DNA of 61,153 nucleotides from Nemertoderma westbladi (taxonomy: Eukaryota; Animalia; Xenacoelomorpha). Of this stretch, positions 1-13,174 are shown one piece after another. The translations under genes were made by a program, and so were the position numbers. The stretch's first letter is position 1; each line of letters opens with the position of its first letter. The notes below the pieces were generated by a model. The model did no database searches, was not told the origin of the DNA, and saw only the letters and a program-made list of their open reading frames with translations. The stretch lies in contig JAUCBJ010006486.1 in assembly GCA_032718475.1 (NCBI GenBank), positions 1 through 61,153 on the forward strand, given 5' to 3'.

Positions 1-480
1 AGCTGTAACCCACTCATGGGCGAGCTCTAACTCACTCACGACCGAGCTGTAACTCACCTGTAACCGAGGTGTAACTCACTTGTGACCGAGCTGTAACTCA
101 CCTGTAACCGAGGTGTAACTCACTTGTGACCGAGCTGTAACTCACCTGTAACCGAGGTGTAACTCACTTGTGACCGAGCTGTAACTCACTTGTGACACAG
201 CTGTAACCCACTCATGACCAAGCTGTATCAAGCAAGCGTGACCAAGCAAGCGACCGAGCTGGTACTTACGTGTGACCGAGCTGTTACTAACTTGTGACCG
301 AGCTGTAACTCACTTGTGACCGAGATGTAACATACTTGTGACCGAGCTGTAACTCAATTGTAACCAAGCTGTAACTCACTTGTGACCAAGCTGTAAACCA
401 ATCGTGTCCAAGCTATAACAGACTCGTGACCGAGATGTAACCCACTTGTGGCCGAACCGTAACTCATCTTCTGACACAGT
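1..480. repeat. 22-bp minisatellite (consensus about GTGACCGAGCTGTAACTCACTT), truncated by window start
   Basis: GTAACTCAC recurs at 71, 93, 115 (period 22); alternating A/B units at about 40-180; degenerates toward 480. Confidence 0.93.
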
Positions 481-2139
481 TAACGTGATAACTCGATATA
501 AACCACTTCTAGTTCACTCATTACCAATTTGTAAATGGATGATGAGCCATAAATATTATTCTCACTGGGAAAATATGACAATCACATACCTCAGTAACAG
601 CGGAATCTGGGTAACTGCGTCCTGATCGACTATTTCCTCATGACTTAACTACACACCGTCGTCTTCCACATCGCTCAAAGACATTCCTAACGACATCTTC
701 TACTAATGTGAAAAATGGCCACGATATGGATGGTGCGATTTCGCAAAAGACACTTTTTTAAAACGATTATAAAAAACATTTACAGGCAAAATCGTAAATT
801 CGGGCTTCATGTGGTCATCGACAGTGAGTGGAACTAGTTGTGTTTCAAATTTCAACCAATATGATAGATTTGTAGAAAAATTGGGGGCTCCGTGTCATCT
901 GAAAATGACACTATATTACGGGTAATCAATGAGGATAGGTGCTTGTTTTGTACACTTTGTAAGAAAAGAAACTATATTTTAAGCGCCCGCCCACGAAAGT
1001 TAAACAAATGAATGGGTGCATGGTAATCCTTTATAAAGGAAGATCTGACTTTAAGACACCGTCATACAATGCTAAGCAGCACATGGTTTCCTCATGTGCT
1101 GAGCAACAAAATGATAATTCACATCTACCCACGCTTTCTTCCGAATGTTGATGCATATGGAGCATCTCATCTGCGGAACCTTGTGTCACCCGAATACTTC
1201 GCCTGTTGCCTACCATGATATTCTTATCAATCATGGACTTGGCAGAGCCAAGCGACGATCTTTGCTTCATGCTTTAGGAAGTATTTATTTACATAATTAT
1301 GTGGAAAGAAGAATAAGTTAATTTTATTTCTTTGCAGCATTTCTTCCCATAGGCCGTAACTTTTTTGTGCTTTCAGAGTTCCTCGGACTTCACTCATCAC
1401 ACCGCTGCGCTGATAAGTTAACATAATGAATGGTGTGTAGGCCCACCGCGTAGCAAAATACCAATAACAACATTCAATTTAAGGGGGGGGGGGGTGGGTA
1501 GCACCCTTAAATGTAACCTAACATTTTGGTGTCTCTGATCCCTAAAATTGGATGAAAATTATTTGTTGTGCTATTAAACATCGTCTGGACTATTAAGAAT
1601 ACCCAAACAAAATATTTTTAAAATTAACCCCAAAATGGCACTGTAATTGTACTACTGTACAGTAATTAAGATGACATATGACATGGGATGACGTTTGGGT
1701 GGATCCATGATATCTCCACCGAGGAAATAGAGTCATCGATCCGGAATAAACCGCGTGGAAAATTTCATGTTCCAGATCACGCTCATTGAAACCCGGTCTT
1801 AAATAAATTTTGACAATGAATGTCAACCAATTTGACAAGTGCTACAACTGTTTCCTGATTGGTTTATATTTCCTGTCTTCCCTGCAACTGTGAATATTAA
1901 ATGTGCGCAATCCCATTAACTATTATTGATAAAGCAAACATCAGAACTCGTCCCCAATATATGATTACTAGCTAAAGTCATTGGCCCATAGATTCATGAA
2001 GTTACCCAAACCAATAATGTATGATTAATATGTCCCTCCGTTATACTCTGCAAAGCCCTAAATTGGTTTCTACAATGTTAATTCCTGTGAGAAATAATTA
2101 TCATATATTTTGGATTTGGGCTTCCTTTTAAATGTCGTT

Positions 2140-2930
2140 TATTACGGTAACAAGTTCCAATCGTAAACCATTAGAAATACCTCGGCGTAACATTCCAATG
2201 TTAGTTAACGTTCACAAAGCACATCACTGCGACGATATGCAAGGGTCTTAAAGCCGTTCATTCCATTAGAAAATCCTATCTCCTGTCACTCCCTACAGCC
2301 ATAAAGCTCTTCAACCTTAAAGTAACCCCCATAATTACTTATGACATCCGAGGAAGTTGGCCCCATTTAACCGCAACTAACATGTCTACACTCGACAAAA
2401 TAAAATCAACCTACCTAAGAGGATGTTGTCTCTCCACAAAACATGTCTTTAACAGGCTCACACTCGCCTTATGCAAGGAAAACTACCTAGTAATCGATAT
2501 AGCCAACCACCTAAAGCTGCCCCCCTCTCCAGAATTCCAAATATATAGATCGTCTATTGACACAAAAACCAGCGAAATCCCACACATGTTCTGGAACGCG
2601 ATAGCTTTCTCTGACAGGAGTTGTTTCGGGACCAATAGGCCAACACGCCATGTCATAATTCAGTGTCCACGGCCTCCAACACCTAATCTGCGAGTCCAGC
2701 CACTTCCACCCACAGTTCAGAACCTCCCTGCATATGTAACCTTTGCGGACAATCAGCTAGTCTTTACCATCTATTGGAGTAATACATTCTTCCTCACCAA
2801 ATTGGCTTTATTTCCCCAGTACCAACAGACTGCACGCCGAAATGCTATCAACACCACCCAAGCAAAACTCTAATGGAACTTATACTTACACTTACATCTC
2901 TTACACTCTTACATTTTATTTAATTAATTA
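2140..2930 (+). pseudogene. Decayed non-LTR retrotransposon (LINE) RT 3' fragment
   Basis: KYLGVTF at 2175-2195 resembles the late RT motif (YKYLG); downstream KLFNLKVTPIITYDIRGSW resembles the LINE post-RT LF..V.P.L.YG..W block and runs into ORF 2382-2873; short CTTACA repeats follow. Frameshifted; clade not assignable by eye. Confidence 0.5.
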
Positions 2931-4653
2931 ATTTAAACATTATTAATCATGGTGAATTTTATTGGGTTTGGTAACAATTTTATTGCCTAATCAGGCGTCT
3001 AATGAAGTAAATCTGCAATTCTCAGATATTGCAATAGGCTGAGTGCTTACATACCGGTCAGGAAATCTGCCGAGTTTGTGATTGTAAACAGCATTTTATC
3101 AATCATTCCCTTTATGAATTTAATTAATTGTAGTGTCAAAAGACGTGCAAGACTCTCTGCTTACATTTGATATAAGCCATGTGTGAAATGATTGAGATTG
3201 AATGTGTATTTGCAACGATCGAAAATCTCTCTCCATAGAAACCAAGATAAAATATTATCAGAGCACTGCGTAATGACGTCAAATATGTAGCAGCGAATCA
3301 CAGCCGATTTTCAAAATTGATTTCCCATGCTTACTTAAACCCGCCATTTCGACAGTTTTCTCGTGTTTTTACAAAAAACACACCCCGACATTCGATTCAG
3401 GGCACCTTCTTACCCCTTATTCATTTGTTGCTACATAGCCCAACAATTTTTTTCGTGTTTTTAGAGTTTTTTTATTCAATTCATTTTTAAATAATTTTTC
3501 ATGATTGGTTACAGTAGAATGTTTTTCGCTAATTCGACTGTACTAGGTGAGATTGATGGATTTTCCCGTGTGATTACATACCTTTATGGGTAACAACTGT
3601 GCTGCAACTGTTTTGCCATTGTTGGGAAACTGTTGGGAATACGGCCACAATTCAAGTGTGAAAGAAGGATAAGGGATGAGAACATAAACTGGTCGCACCG
3701 AATATACAGTATGAAAAATCATCGAGGCACAAATCGAAGTAGCTTTATTGCAGTTAAGAGTACTCACAATCAATATAGAGAGATGTATACACGTACTGTT
3801 ATTATTATTTATTGGCTAGAAGACAACTCCCATTTAGATCCCTCCTCTGTCAATGATATATATTGTTTGCATATTACTTACAAGAAACAAATAAACGCGG
3901 CTCTAGAATGGTAATCTAGGATAGTAATTGGTTGGAATGCGCATGGGGAATACGCACGGAACGCTACTGGGCCCCCAGAATATTTTCGCCAATAGATTTT
4001 CGTCGATGATATATGATGTTTTCTAAACAGCTGTATACCGCTACAGATCCTGGCATTTTAAATCTAAAAAGAAGCGGTTCATGAAAACCCTTAAATTTTA
4101 TGATAATATATTACTGAAAGTTTCGGAAAAAGTAAGGATATCAAATCCAGAGCATTGCACTTTTAATTAAACTAATGTTTCGAATTTAGTTAAAGGAAAC
4201 AATTTTCAGCAGCAATAAATGCAAAAAATAACGCTGGTTGATTACGGAATGTCCCTAACGTCACTGGAGGGTAGATGAACAAGTGAAAAGATAACAAGTA
4301 AAAGAAGTAGGCCTAACGAGTAGGGATGAATAACAAATGGGGGATTGAGTGAATTGAGGGATTATGGTTGACTGCCATTTGCTTACAGTTATCGGGGAAT
4401 TGTGCGTGGTAGAAACAAGGCAGCCAGATGTTAATAATAAAACATTATATTATAAAACATTATTATATAACATTATTTATTATAATACAAAAACTCATTA
4501 TCTAACTAGTGTATTGGATATAATAACCCAAAAGGAAAACTGCAGTAGTGCAATAAAACATTAACTACTGGACTAATAGCCACAGTAACTATTAATAAAA
4601 ATTGCCTTCTCAACATGTTTTTCAGATGGTGGGCAGTTAATGTTAATTTTATG

Positions 4654-5249
4654 CAGGGCCGCATGATAAGCTGGTGGGAGGCCTGGTGGACCAAATACCA
4701 GTATAGTGAAGTAAATATGTCATTAAGACCACAACTTGCTAACTTTCTGAATTGCGGTTCGGATTCGGATTCGGTTCGGTTCGGTTCGGCCCGGACTTTG
4801 CCCTGCTTCGATTCGGCATCGGCCCCATAAAGTGCCTTCTGATGAACCCTAGTTTTGACTTACTCCTGATTACAGGATTTCCTTGCAATCCATTACTGGT
4901 AGGCCTAGGCCTATTTTATACAGATTTTTATACTACCGGTCCGGTGTGGTTAGGGAACAATTTTTATCAGTTTGAGATGATGTTTGAACTAGCATACACG
5001 ACAGGCCTACAGCACCAATAGAGATTACTAAACATAATGGACTAGGGACGCCCCTGGAGAGTCTCAATACAAGGGCACCAGCAGCAATGAATGGAATTTA
5101 ATGAAAACAATAAAGTTATCAAATGATTTGTTGCGGTACCAGTAATTTTAGTTAAATTCGGGGTTAAATATAATTATATTAAAATTTATGGCCGTATTGG
5201 TGGGTGGCCCGGGGCACGGGCCCCTTGCCCGCCCTTTAATCCGGCCCTG
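4654..5249. mobile_element. hAT-type non-autonomous DNA transposon (MITE), 596 bp
   Basis: Ends CAGGGCCG / CGGCCCTG; perfect 8-bp TSD ATTTTATG at 4646-4653 and 5250-5257; no transposase ORF. Confidence 0.88.
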
Positions 5250-6411
5250 ATTTTATGTATTTAATGAAAACAGTAATTTGGAAGAATAATAATTGAAAAG
5301 TTTTTAGAAAGTTTTGTGATCATTTTATTCACGCGAGTGTAGATAGATAAATTAAGAGACCATATTTTACTCCACTGTCGTTAGCAGTAAAATAATGTGG
5401 TTTAGAAAAACGTAGTTTGTGTATTGTACAATCTCTTTGCAGGTGGGCTCGTATAATAATAATGTTCATGAAAGGGTGAGACGTAAGTTACCTAAAATGT
5501 TAAGTGATTTTCTTTTTTCTATAATATTTTCATGACCTTTATTGAACAAACGGTGAAAGAAAAGTAACGAGAGGGTGCTTACATTACATAGGCCTATTAG
5601 CATTACGCTTGCTTTTTGCCCAATTGGGTTAACTTTGTTGTTCAATAAAATAAATGTTAAACTAAATTAACGGTGATAAATGTTTGCGGAATAGGATGCG
5701 AAAATAATAAATAATATTGTGAAAATGCTGATGTTTTAATTAACATTATTCTACCCATAATAATGATCTGGTTCACGGTAATGATCAGTAACATGTAGGC
5801 ATACTGCAGTTTATGTTTGTGCTAATTGGGGGGGGTGGGGAATACACAGCGCAATCAAAATTCATCACTGACCAAATGAATATCGACGCAAATACAACAA
5901 CCCACTAATTAAATAAAAAGTAAATAAAGGATGAAGTATAAGTAGCCAGAGATTAATATAATATAATTACAATTGGATTCATTATCATACGTACTAAACA
6001 TTGTACAATAATGCCTTAGACTAAAGCCGGTAGTCTATGCATATTTTACAATTTTTCGAGAATGCGAGTGGATGGGACGAATTCCTAAAATCGCCAATCG
6101 CAATTCGTTTCTCACTAAGTGAGGGAGGGAGTCTTGTACACTTGTGCGAAAAATTTATCATCTTGCAAAGTTGTGGAAATTTCCGAAATCTTACATAATA
6201 TTCGTACATAGTTTCTGGTTGAAATCTCTCTCACTCAGCCTGCACTGTTAACTTTTCCTCCCTAAACGTAAAATTTGCTTGTCTAGTTTGGTAAATTTTC
6301 AACTGTATTTGTCTCTAATAAGACATGACGAATGCTTTCAATATCGTGGAATTCAGCGAAGGAATAAGAAACAGTTATGTTGGAAAGAACAGAGAGGAAG
6401 CAAATGTCATT

Positions 6412-8715
6412 TATGATGAACGGGCGCAGGGATGGGAAAGTATGATGAACGGGCGCAGGGATGGGAAAGTATGATGAACGGGCGCAGGGATGGTAGAGTA
6501 TGATGAACGGGCGCAGGGATGGGAGAGTATGATGAACGGGCGCAGGGATGGGATAGTATGATGAACGGGCGCAGGGATGGGAAAGTATGATGAACGGGCG
6601 CAGGGATGGGAAAGTATGATGAACGGGCGCAGGGATGGAAAGTATGATGAACGGGCGCAGGGATGGGAAAGTATGATGAACGGGCGCAGGGATGGGAGAG
6701 TATGATGAACGGGCGCAGGGATGGGAGAGTATGATGAACGGGCGCAGGGATGGGAAAGTATGATGAACGGGCGCAGGGATGGGATAGTATGATGAACGGG
6801 CGCAGGTATGGGAGAGTATGATGAACGGGCGCAGGGATGGGAATGTATGATGAACGGGCGCAGGGATGGGAGAGTATGATGAACGGGCGCAGGGATGGGA
6901 GAGTATGATGAACGGGCGCAGGGATGGGAGAGTATGATGAACGGGCGCAGGGATGGGAGAGTATGATGAACGAGCGCAGGGATGGGATAGTATGATGAAC
7001 GGGCGCAGGGATGGGAGAGTATGATGAACGGGCGCAGGGATGGGAAAGTATGATGAACGGGCGCAGGGATGGGATAGTATGATGAACGGGCGCAGGGATG
7101 GGAGAGTATGATGAACGGGCGCAGGGATGGGAATGTATGATGAACGGGCGCAGGGATGGGAGAGTATGATGAACGGGCGCAGGGATGGGAGAGTATGATG
7201 AACGGGCGCAGGGATGGGATAGTATGATGAACGGGCGCAGGGATGGGAAAGTATGATGAACGGGCGCAGGGATGGGAAAGTATGATGAACGGGCGCAGGG
7301 ATGGGAGAGTATGATGAACGGGCGCAGGGATGGGAGAGTATGATGAACGGGCGCAGGGATGGGATAGTATAATGAACGGGCGCAGGGATGGGAAAGTATG
7401 ATGAATGGGCGCAGGGATGGGATAGTATGATGAACGGGCGCAGGGATGGGAGAGTATAATGAACGGGCGCAGGGATGGGAAAGTATGATGAACGGGCGCA
7501 GGGATGGGAGAGTATGATGAACGGGCGCAGGGATGGGAAAGTATGACGAACGGGCGCAGGTATGGGAGAGTATGATGAACGGGCGCAGGGATGGGATAGT
7601 ATGATGAGCGGGCGCAGGGATGGGAAAGTATGATGAACGGGCGCAGGGATGGGATAGTATGATGAACAGGGGCAGGGATGGGAGAGTATGATGAACGGGC
7701 GCAGGGATGGGAAAGTATGATGAACGGGCGCAGGGATGGGAGAGTATGATGAACGGGCGCAGGGATGGGAAAGTATGATGAACGGGCGCAGGGATGGGAA
7801 AGTATGATGAACGGGCGCAGGGATGGGAGAGTATGATGAACGGGCGCAGGGATGGGAGAGTATGATGAACGGCGCAGGGATGGGATAGTATGATGAACGG
7901 GCGCAGGGATGGGAAAGTATGATGAACGGGCGCAGGGATGGGAAAGTATGATGAACGGGCGCAGGGATGGGAGAGTATGATGAACGGGCGCAGGGATGGG
8001 AGAGTATGATGAACGGGCGCAGGGATGGAAAAGTATGATGAACGGGCGCAGGGATGGGAAAGTATGATGAATGGGCGCAGGGATGGGAGAGTATGATGAA
8101 CGGGCGCAGGGATGGGAAAGTATGATGAACGGGCGCAGGGATGGGAAAGTATGATGAACGGGCGCAGGGATGGGAAAGTATGATGAACGGGCGCAGGGAT
8201 GGGAAAGTATGATGAACGGGCTCAGGGATGGGATAGTATGATGAACGGGCGCAGGGATGGGAGAGTATGATGAACGGGCGCAGGGATGGGAGAGTATGAT
8301 GTACGGGCGCATGGATGGGATAGTTAGTATGATGAACGGGCGCAGGGATGGGAAAGTATGATGAACGGGCGCAGGGATGGGAAAGTATGATGAACGGGCG
8401 CAGGGATGGGAAAGTATGATGAACGGGCGCAGGGATGGGAAAGTATGATGAACGGGCGCAGGGATGGGAGAGTATGATGAACGGGCGCAGGGATGGGAAA
8501 GTATGATGAACGGGCGCAGGGATGGGAAAGTATGATGAACGGGCGCAGGGATGGGAAAGTATGATGAACGGGCGCAGGGATGGGAAAGTATGATGAACGG
8601 GCGCAGGGATGGGAAAGTATGATGAACGGGCGCAGGTATGGGAAAGTATGATGAACGGGCGCAGGGATGGGAAAGTATGATGAACGGGCGCAGGGATGGG
8701 AGAGTATGATGAACG
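6412..8715. repeat. 29-bp G-rich minisatellite TATGATGAACGGGCGCAGGGATGGGA(A/G/T)AG, about 79 copies
   Basis: Unit starts at 6412, 6441, 6470; variation is mostly at one position; explains the repetitive 837- and 633-aa ORFs. Confidence 0.98.
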
Positions 8716-9065
8716 AATTGGGATAGAATTACATACCAGGATCACAATTATCCAACTTCTTATTGGAATCGATATCCGCGCGTCGTTGGCGACCAAAAGT
8801 AATCGACATCGGAAGCGGAACCGGTGTGAAAGGTGTAACTGAATCCCCGATTAGAAAGACTCCCCAGTGATCTGGGAAGTCATTACAACCTGGTTGAAAT
8901 GACATCCGCCGGTTGATATGAATCCCTTCGAGGATATTAATAGGTTAAATAATGACCTGAACTCTTAATAAGGTGTCATTGTTCTGATTGTGATAACAGG
9001 GGGATAACATAACAAGGGACAAGGATAGAGGTATGTCGCAAAAAGGGTTTTCGCTTACTGGGACA

Positions 9066-9132
9066 AACCCCATACATACTTTAAATGTTATCGGCGATGG
9101 CAACTGTTTTTTTCCCGCAATTGCATATGCTG
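9066..9132 (+). pseudogene. OTU-like cysteine protease remnant, 5' part (interrupted by E1)
   Basis: Reads ...LNVIGDGNCFFPAIAYA; GDGNC at 9093-9107 matches the OTU catalytic-Cys motif GDGNC(L/F)FRA. Confidence 0.72.
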
Positions 9133-9682
9133 TGTGACGGGATCCGAGAGGATCCCGGTTTATCCGGTGTTGTTTCGTACGCGTCCCCGCCGTGTGAATT
9201 AAAGAAAAGACTTTGTCGTTCTTCCAGTGTTATTGATAATATGTATATGAGATAGACGGAGTAATGCAGTAATGATAGCACAGTATACCGGTAGTGATAT
9301 GGTAGTATATATTGGTGACGGCGGTGATGGTCTTAACTGTCACCGTTCTGCCTGACTGTACTGAGATGACTGAATGAGTATTGCATCGACCGGTAATATA
9401 TATTGCACGGGTTTGGCCGTTACAGTACTTAGTCGATGCTGTCCCCCCATTGGCTAATATCCCTGTTGGCACCCTTTGCCCCCCTCTGAAGTGCTTCCCT
9501 TCGCCCTTGCTGTTCTCTCTTGGTTAGGGGTTTGGCCCCTGACCCTCCATTGTGTGTTTCTCCTTCCCTTCCCACTTTATTGGGGTAACACGAGGTTGAT
9601 ATTGGTAATCAACCTCGTGCTCCCAATATTGCTTAATGGCTCACTCTATGGGTTTGTGTTAGCGGAATTGGATAAGCTAACA
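9133..9682 (-). repeat. E1 3' LTR (550 bp)
   Basis: Direct repeat of 16087-16636; two substitutions seen by eye. Confidence 0.97.
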
Positions 9683-9691
9683 CTCCCCCCC
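9683..9691 (-). other. E1 polypurine tract (GGGGGGGAG, sense)
   Basis: Purine run abutting the 3' LTR start TGTTAG; identical in E2 (47594-47602). Confidence 0.9.
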
Positions 9692-10202
9692 ATGCTATCT
9701 TCCCGGTAAGAAGATAGCATCCAACTAAAGTGCGCTACAATTCCGCTGGAACTCGATCTATTATCGGGTGTGGGGTGGGGTTATTTTCTTGGAGTCGGCT
9801 TTCCAGGCCGCTCCCTATGGGTATGATGTCACTACCCTCTGGCGTCTCGTGTCGGGCCGATCGTGCGCTTCTCTCACACAATTTTTGTTTCCCCAACACT
9901 CTCGCCACTCTAACTTCGCTCTCTAACTCAACTCGCTCTCTCCCCACTCTTACACTCTCCCCACACCTGAATCGCACTCTAACTTCTCGCCAACAGCTCT
10001 TCTCACTATCTCCTCTCTACTCTCTGCCACTCCCTAAGGCCCTAATCTCTAATGCTACCCCTGTGCTATCATACTATCTACCTTATCTAAGGTCTAACTT
10101 GCTAACTATCTAACTTCTCTAACTCTAACTAACTCCTAACTCTACTAAGTCTACTAACTCTTTTCTAACTCTGACTAAAATCCTCCAACTAACTCTATCT
10201 CT

Positions 10203-10810
10203 ATCTACGTGGCGCTAACGGTGCCCACAACCACAACCGGTACTACGTACCCTCTTACTAACTCTATCTCCATCTACGTGGCGCTAACGGTGCCCACAAC
10301 CACAACCGGTACTACGTACCCTCTTACTAACTCTACCTCCATCTACGTGGCGCTAACGGTGCCCACAACCACAACCGGTACTACGTACCCTCTTACTAAC
10401 TCTACCTCCATCTACGTGGCGCTAACGGTGCCCACAACCACTCTACTACTGCTTCTACTCTGCTGGCACCCTATGTGCCCGTCTCTACCACTCTACTCTA
10501 TCTACATCTCCACCTCCACTAATACCTCTATCTACGTGGCGCTTGCGGTGCCCACAACCACTCCCTGCTACTACTTTCTACGTGGCGCTTGTGGTGCCCA
10601 CAACCACTCTCTTGCTACTTTCTACGTGGCGCTTCCGGTGCCCACAACCACTCTCTGCGACTACTTTCTACGTGGCGCTTCCGGTGCCCACAACCACTCT
10701 CTTGCTACTACTTTCTACGTGGCGCTTCCGGTGCCCACAACCCCTCTCTTACTACTTTCTACGTGGCGCTAACGGTGCCCACAACCCCTCTACCACTGCT
10801 ACTTTCTACT
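10203..10810. repeat. E1 3' UTR repeats (69-bp units, then shorter units sharing CTACGTGGCGCT..CGGTGCCCACAACC)
   Basis: Core motif recurs about 10 times; related copies occur in E2. Confidence 0.9.
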
Positions 10811-11303
10811 AACTATTATTTTAATTATTTAATTATTTATTATTGTTTATTTAAATTAAATAATTATTTTTGTGGGAAGGGCGTCTCGCCCTCATTCCCA
10901 CCCCCCTCAGTCCAAAATATTGGACGACTAAATCTCCTAACTAGGGCGATTCTTCCAACAGGCACTCTCCCACTGCTGCTCTTGTAGGTCCTGTAGGATT
11001 CGCCGCACTCTCTTTGCCAATTCCATCTCACCAGGAATTGGTTCTCCCTCTTCTGCCACCCTGAAATCGGGTCTCTCCGCCGCCTTCTTAACTAGCTCAT
11101 CTCCTGGCATCAAAATGCCACCTCCCTCCTTGTTGTCTCCCGCCGGCAGAATGAATAGAAAGTGAAAGAACAGGCAAAACAGGAGGTACAACAGCAGTCC
11201 TACCCCTCTCCATCCTGCCTTCCTTCTCGACTTCCCCCTTGTCGGTATGCCTCCAAACCGGACCTGCGTCTCCTCCGGACACTCCCCCGGACACCCCTCC
11301 AGA

Positions 11304-13163
11304 CTATTGTCCTCCTGACACTTCACCAGACACTCCTCCGGAGTGTTGTCCCCCGGACACCCCGCCGTCCGCTCCGCTTCCGTCTCCATACCGATGCTTG
11401 CTGGGAAACCTACTCTCCTCTGCCCACTTTCTTACTGTCACCTCCCTATCTGGCTCTACTATCTCTCGTTTCTCCTCTACTTCCTCTGCGTCTTCGGTGC
11501 CTGGTATCATGCACCCAGATGTCTCTGTCACACTGCATGGGATGTTGGTTTTAACTGGGCCGCTAAGCGTCCATCCGAACGGCGTGAGGATCGCCGTCGG
11601 GTCCCGCTGCCTGTCTTCGCCGAAGACCGTCTTCCTTCTCTCATGGGCCGTCGGGCAGTCCATCCCTACTATAATGGACACCTTCCTAACGTCCACCTTT
11701 GGTATTGAGAAATCGATACCGTCCAGGAATCTATATTGTTTGACCTCAATGTTGGTTGGTCGCCTGGCGTTGATGTTTATCGATTCTATGACGTGGATGG
11801 GGTCGATCGTCGCCCCATAGTCATATCCCGGTGCAATCGCTGCTATCCTGCACCGCCCCGCCCTCGTTTCCAGGACCTCATCTTTACTCGAGACGGTAGT
11901 CACCGCCATTCTATTCGGCCTTGTCTTTAGCCCTATCTCTTCGGCCACCCAGTTCTCCACCAGCGTGAAGGCTGCTCCGCTGTCGACCAGCATTAACGTC
12001 GTTACTGATCGACCACCCTCTCCTGATATCTTTACTGGTACTACCCCGAGTAGTACTTTTCTCTTCTTCTCCTCTTCTGTCGTGCTTGTGGCCATTGCCT
12101 GGCCTCCAGTCTCGGACTCTCTAACTGCTGTTTCTCTACACTCTCCGGACCTGTGTCCTTCTACCACACATCGATGACATAGTCCGTTTGCGTCTGTGTA
12201 GGCTATACGATCTTGTTTGGGCAACGCTTGCCAGTGCTTACAACTCCTGGTCTTATGTGTTCCATCCCGATGTAATTGACATTCGAATCCTGGATTATAG
12301 CGTTCCCTGTATAGTCCCTCACGTATCGCGCCTAGGTTTATATGTACCGATTTAGTGTTTTGGTTGTCTGTATTCGGCCTACTGGGTATATTGGGATTAT
12401 GTTTATTTATGGTGTTATTTTCTTTCTGTCCCCGCCACGGTGTGGCCCTGCTACCAGCTAACTGTGGACTAGCAGTCCCCTGTGTGGCCGCATGTGGTAG
12501 TGATTGTCCTACTCTCGGGAGTGGATCTGCAGGATCGTGTTCGGGTTTATGGCTTGTCCCCAAACTATCCTCGCTATAGACTGGGTCTGTTATTAATTCG
12601 GCTTCATAGTTGAGGAAGCTCGACATTTCTTCTAGGCCCGGTTCCGCACCTTTCTTCTCACGTGTGGAGAAAGCGATTTTCCTCCACTTCCTTCGTAACC
12701 AGATCGGCAGTGCCTGCGCTATCGTGGTGATGTTGTTAGACGCGTTGAGTTCGTATGGTGCGTCTAGCGTCTTTAACACGATTAACGCCTTCTCGACCTT
12801 GTTTGCAAAGGTCCTTATGCTAACGGGATTGTCCTGTAGGCCATCCGATGTTATGCCTCTCAGGGTTTGCCGGATGATCTTGGCCGGGTGCCCGTATTCC
12901 CTATCTAGCGCCCGCCATGCTGTCGTGAAGCCGCCCTCGATGCCCTGGTATTGCCTCACGATGTCGTATGCTGGGCCTCCTGTATATACTTGCAGATATT
13001 TTAGGCACTCCGCCTGCGTCAAGTTCTTACTTAATATTTCGTTACTATACATGCGCCGAAACTGTAGATATTCTTCCGGCCTACTCCCATCGAATTTAAA
13101 TGGTTCCACAGGTGGTAACTCGATCCTAGTTTTTAACGCATCGATCAATGTGGCCATTCCCAT
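11304..13163 (-). CDS. BEL/Pao Gag core, zinc knuckles and aspartic protease (E1)
   Basis: DUF1759-like block (FKFDGS..EYLQF..LKYLQVYTGGPA..AWRALDREYG), knuckles CQLHRDGTHKTRSC and CHRCVVEGHRSGEC, protease LVDSGA, BEL motif AILTPFGWTLSGP. Confidence 0.9.
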   Translation of the reverse strand: MGMATLIDALKTRIELPPVEPFKFDGSRPEEYLQFRRMYSNEILSKNLTQAECLKYLQVYTGGPAYDIVRQYQGIEGGFTTAWRALDREYGHPAKIIRQTLRGITSDGLQDNPVSIRTFANKVEKALIVLKTLDAPYELNASNNITTIAQALPIWLRRKWRKIAFSTREKKGAEPGLEEMSSFLNYEAELITDPVYSEDSLGTSHKPEHDPADPLPRVGQSLPHAATQGTASPQLAGSRATPWRGQKENNTINKHNPNIPSRPNTDNQNTKSVHINLGAIREGLYRERYNPGFECQLHRDGTHKTRSCKHWQALPKQDRIAYTDANGLCHRCVVEGHRSGECRETAVRESETGGQAMATSTTEEEKKRKVLLGVVPVKISGEGGRSVTTLMLVDSGAAFTLVENWVAEEIGLKTRPNRMAVTTVSSKDEVLETRAGRCRIAAIAPGYDYGATIDPIHVIESININARRPTNIEVKQYRFLDGIDFSIPKVDVRKVSIIVGMDCPTAHERRKTVFGEDRQRDPTAILTPFGWTLSGPVKTNIPCSVTETSGCMIPGTEDAEEVEEKREIVEPDREVTVRKWAEESRFPSKHRYGDGSGADGGVSGGQHSGGVSGEVSGGQ

Positions 13164-13174
13164 CGCTTGCGCTT

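Noticed and set aside
1031-1838. Short minus-strand ORFs as host exons or a Penelope fragment
   Set aside because: No diagnostic motif recognisable.
6283-8796. 837-aa and 633-aa ORFs
   Set aside because: Translations of a 29-bp tandem repeat open in several frames; no domain.
9230-9709. Identical small ORFs at 9230-9709 and 16184-16714
   Set aside because: Identity reflects the LTR duplication; not conserved in the E2 LTR.
10203-10810. TGGCGC/TGGCACCC motifs as tRNA PBS copies
   Set aside because: Antisense to the element and in the 3' UTR; better explained as hairpin arms.
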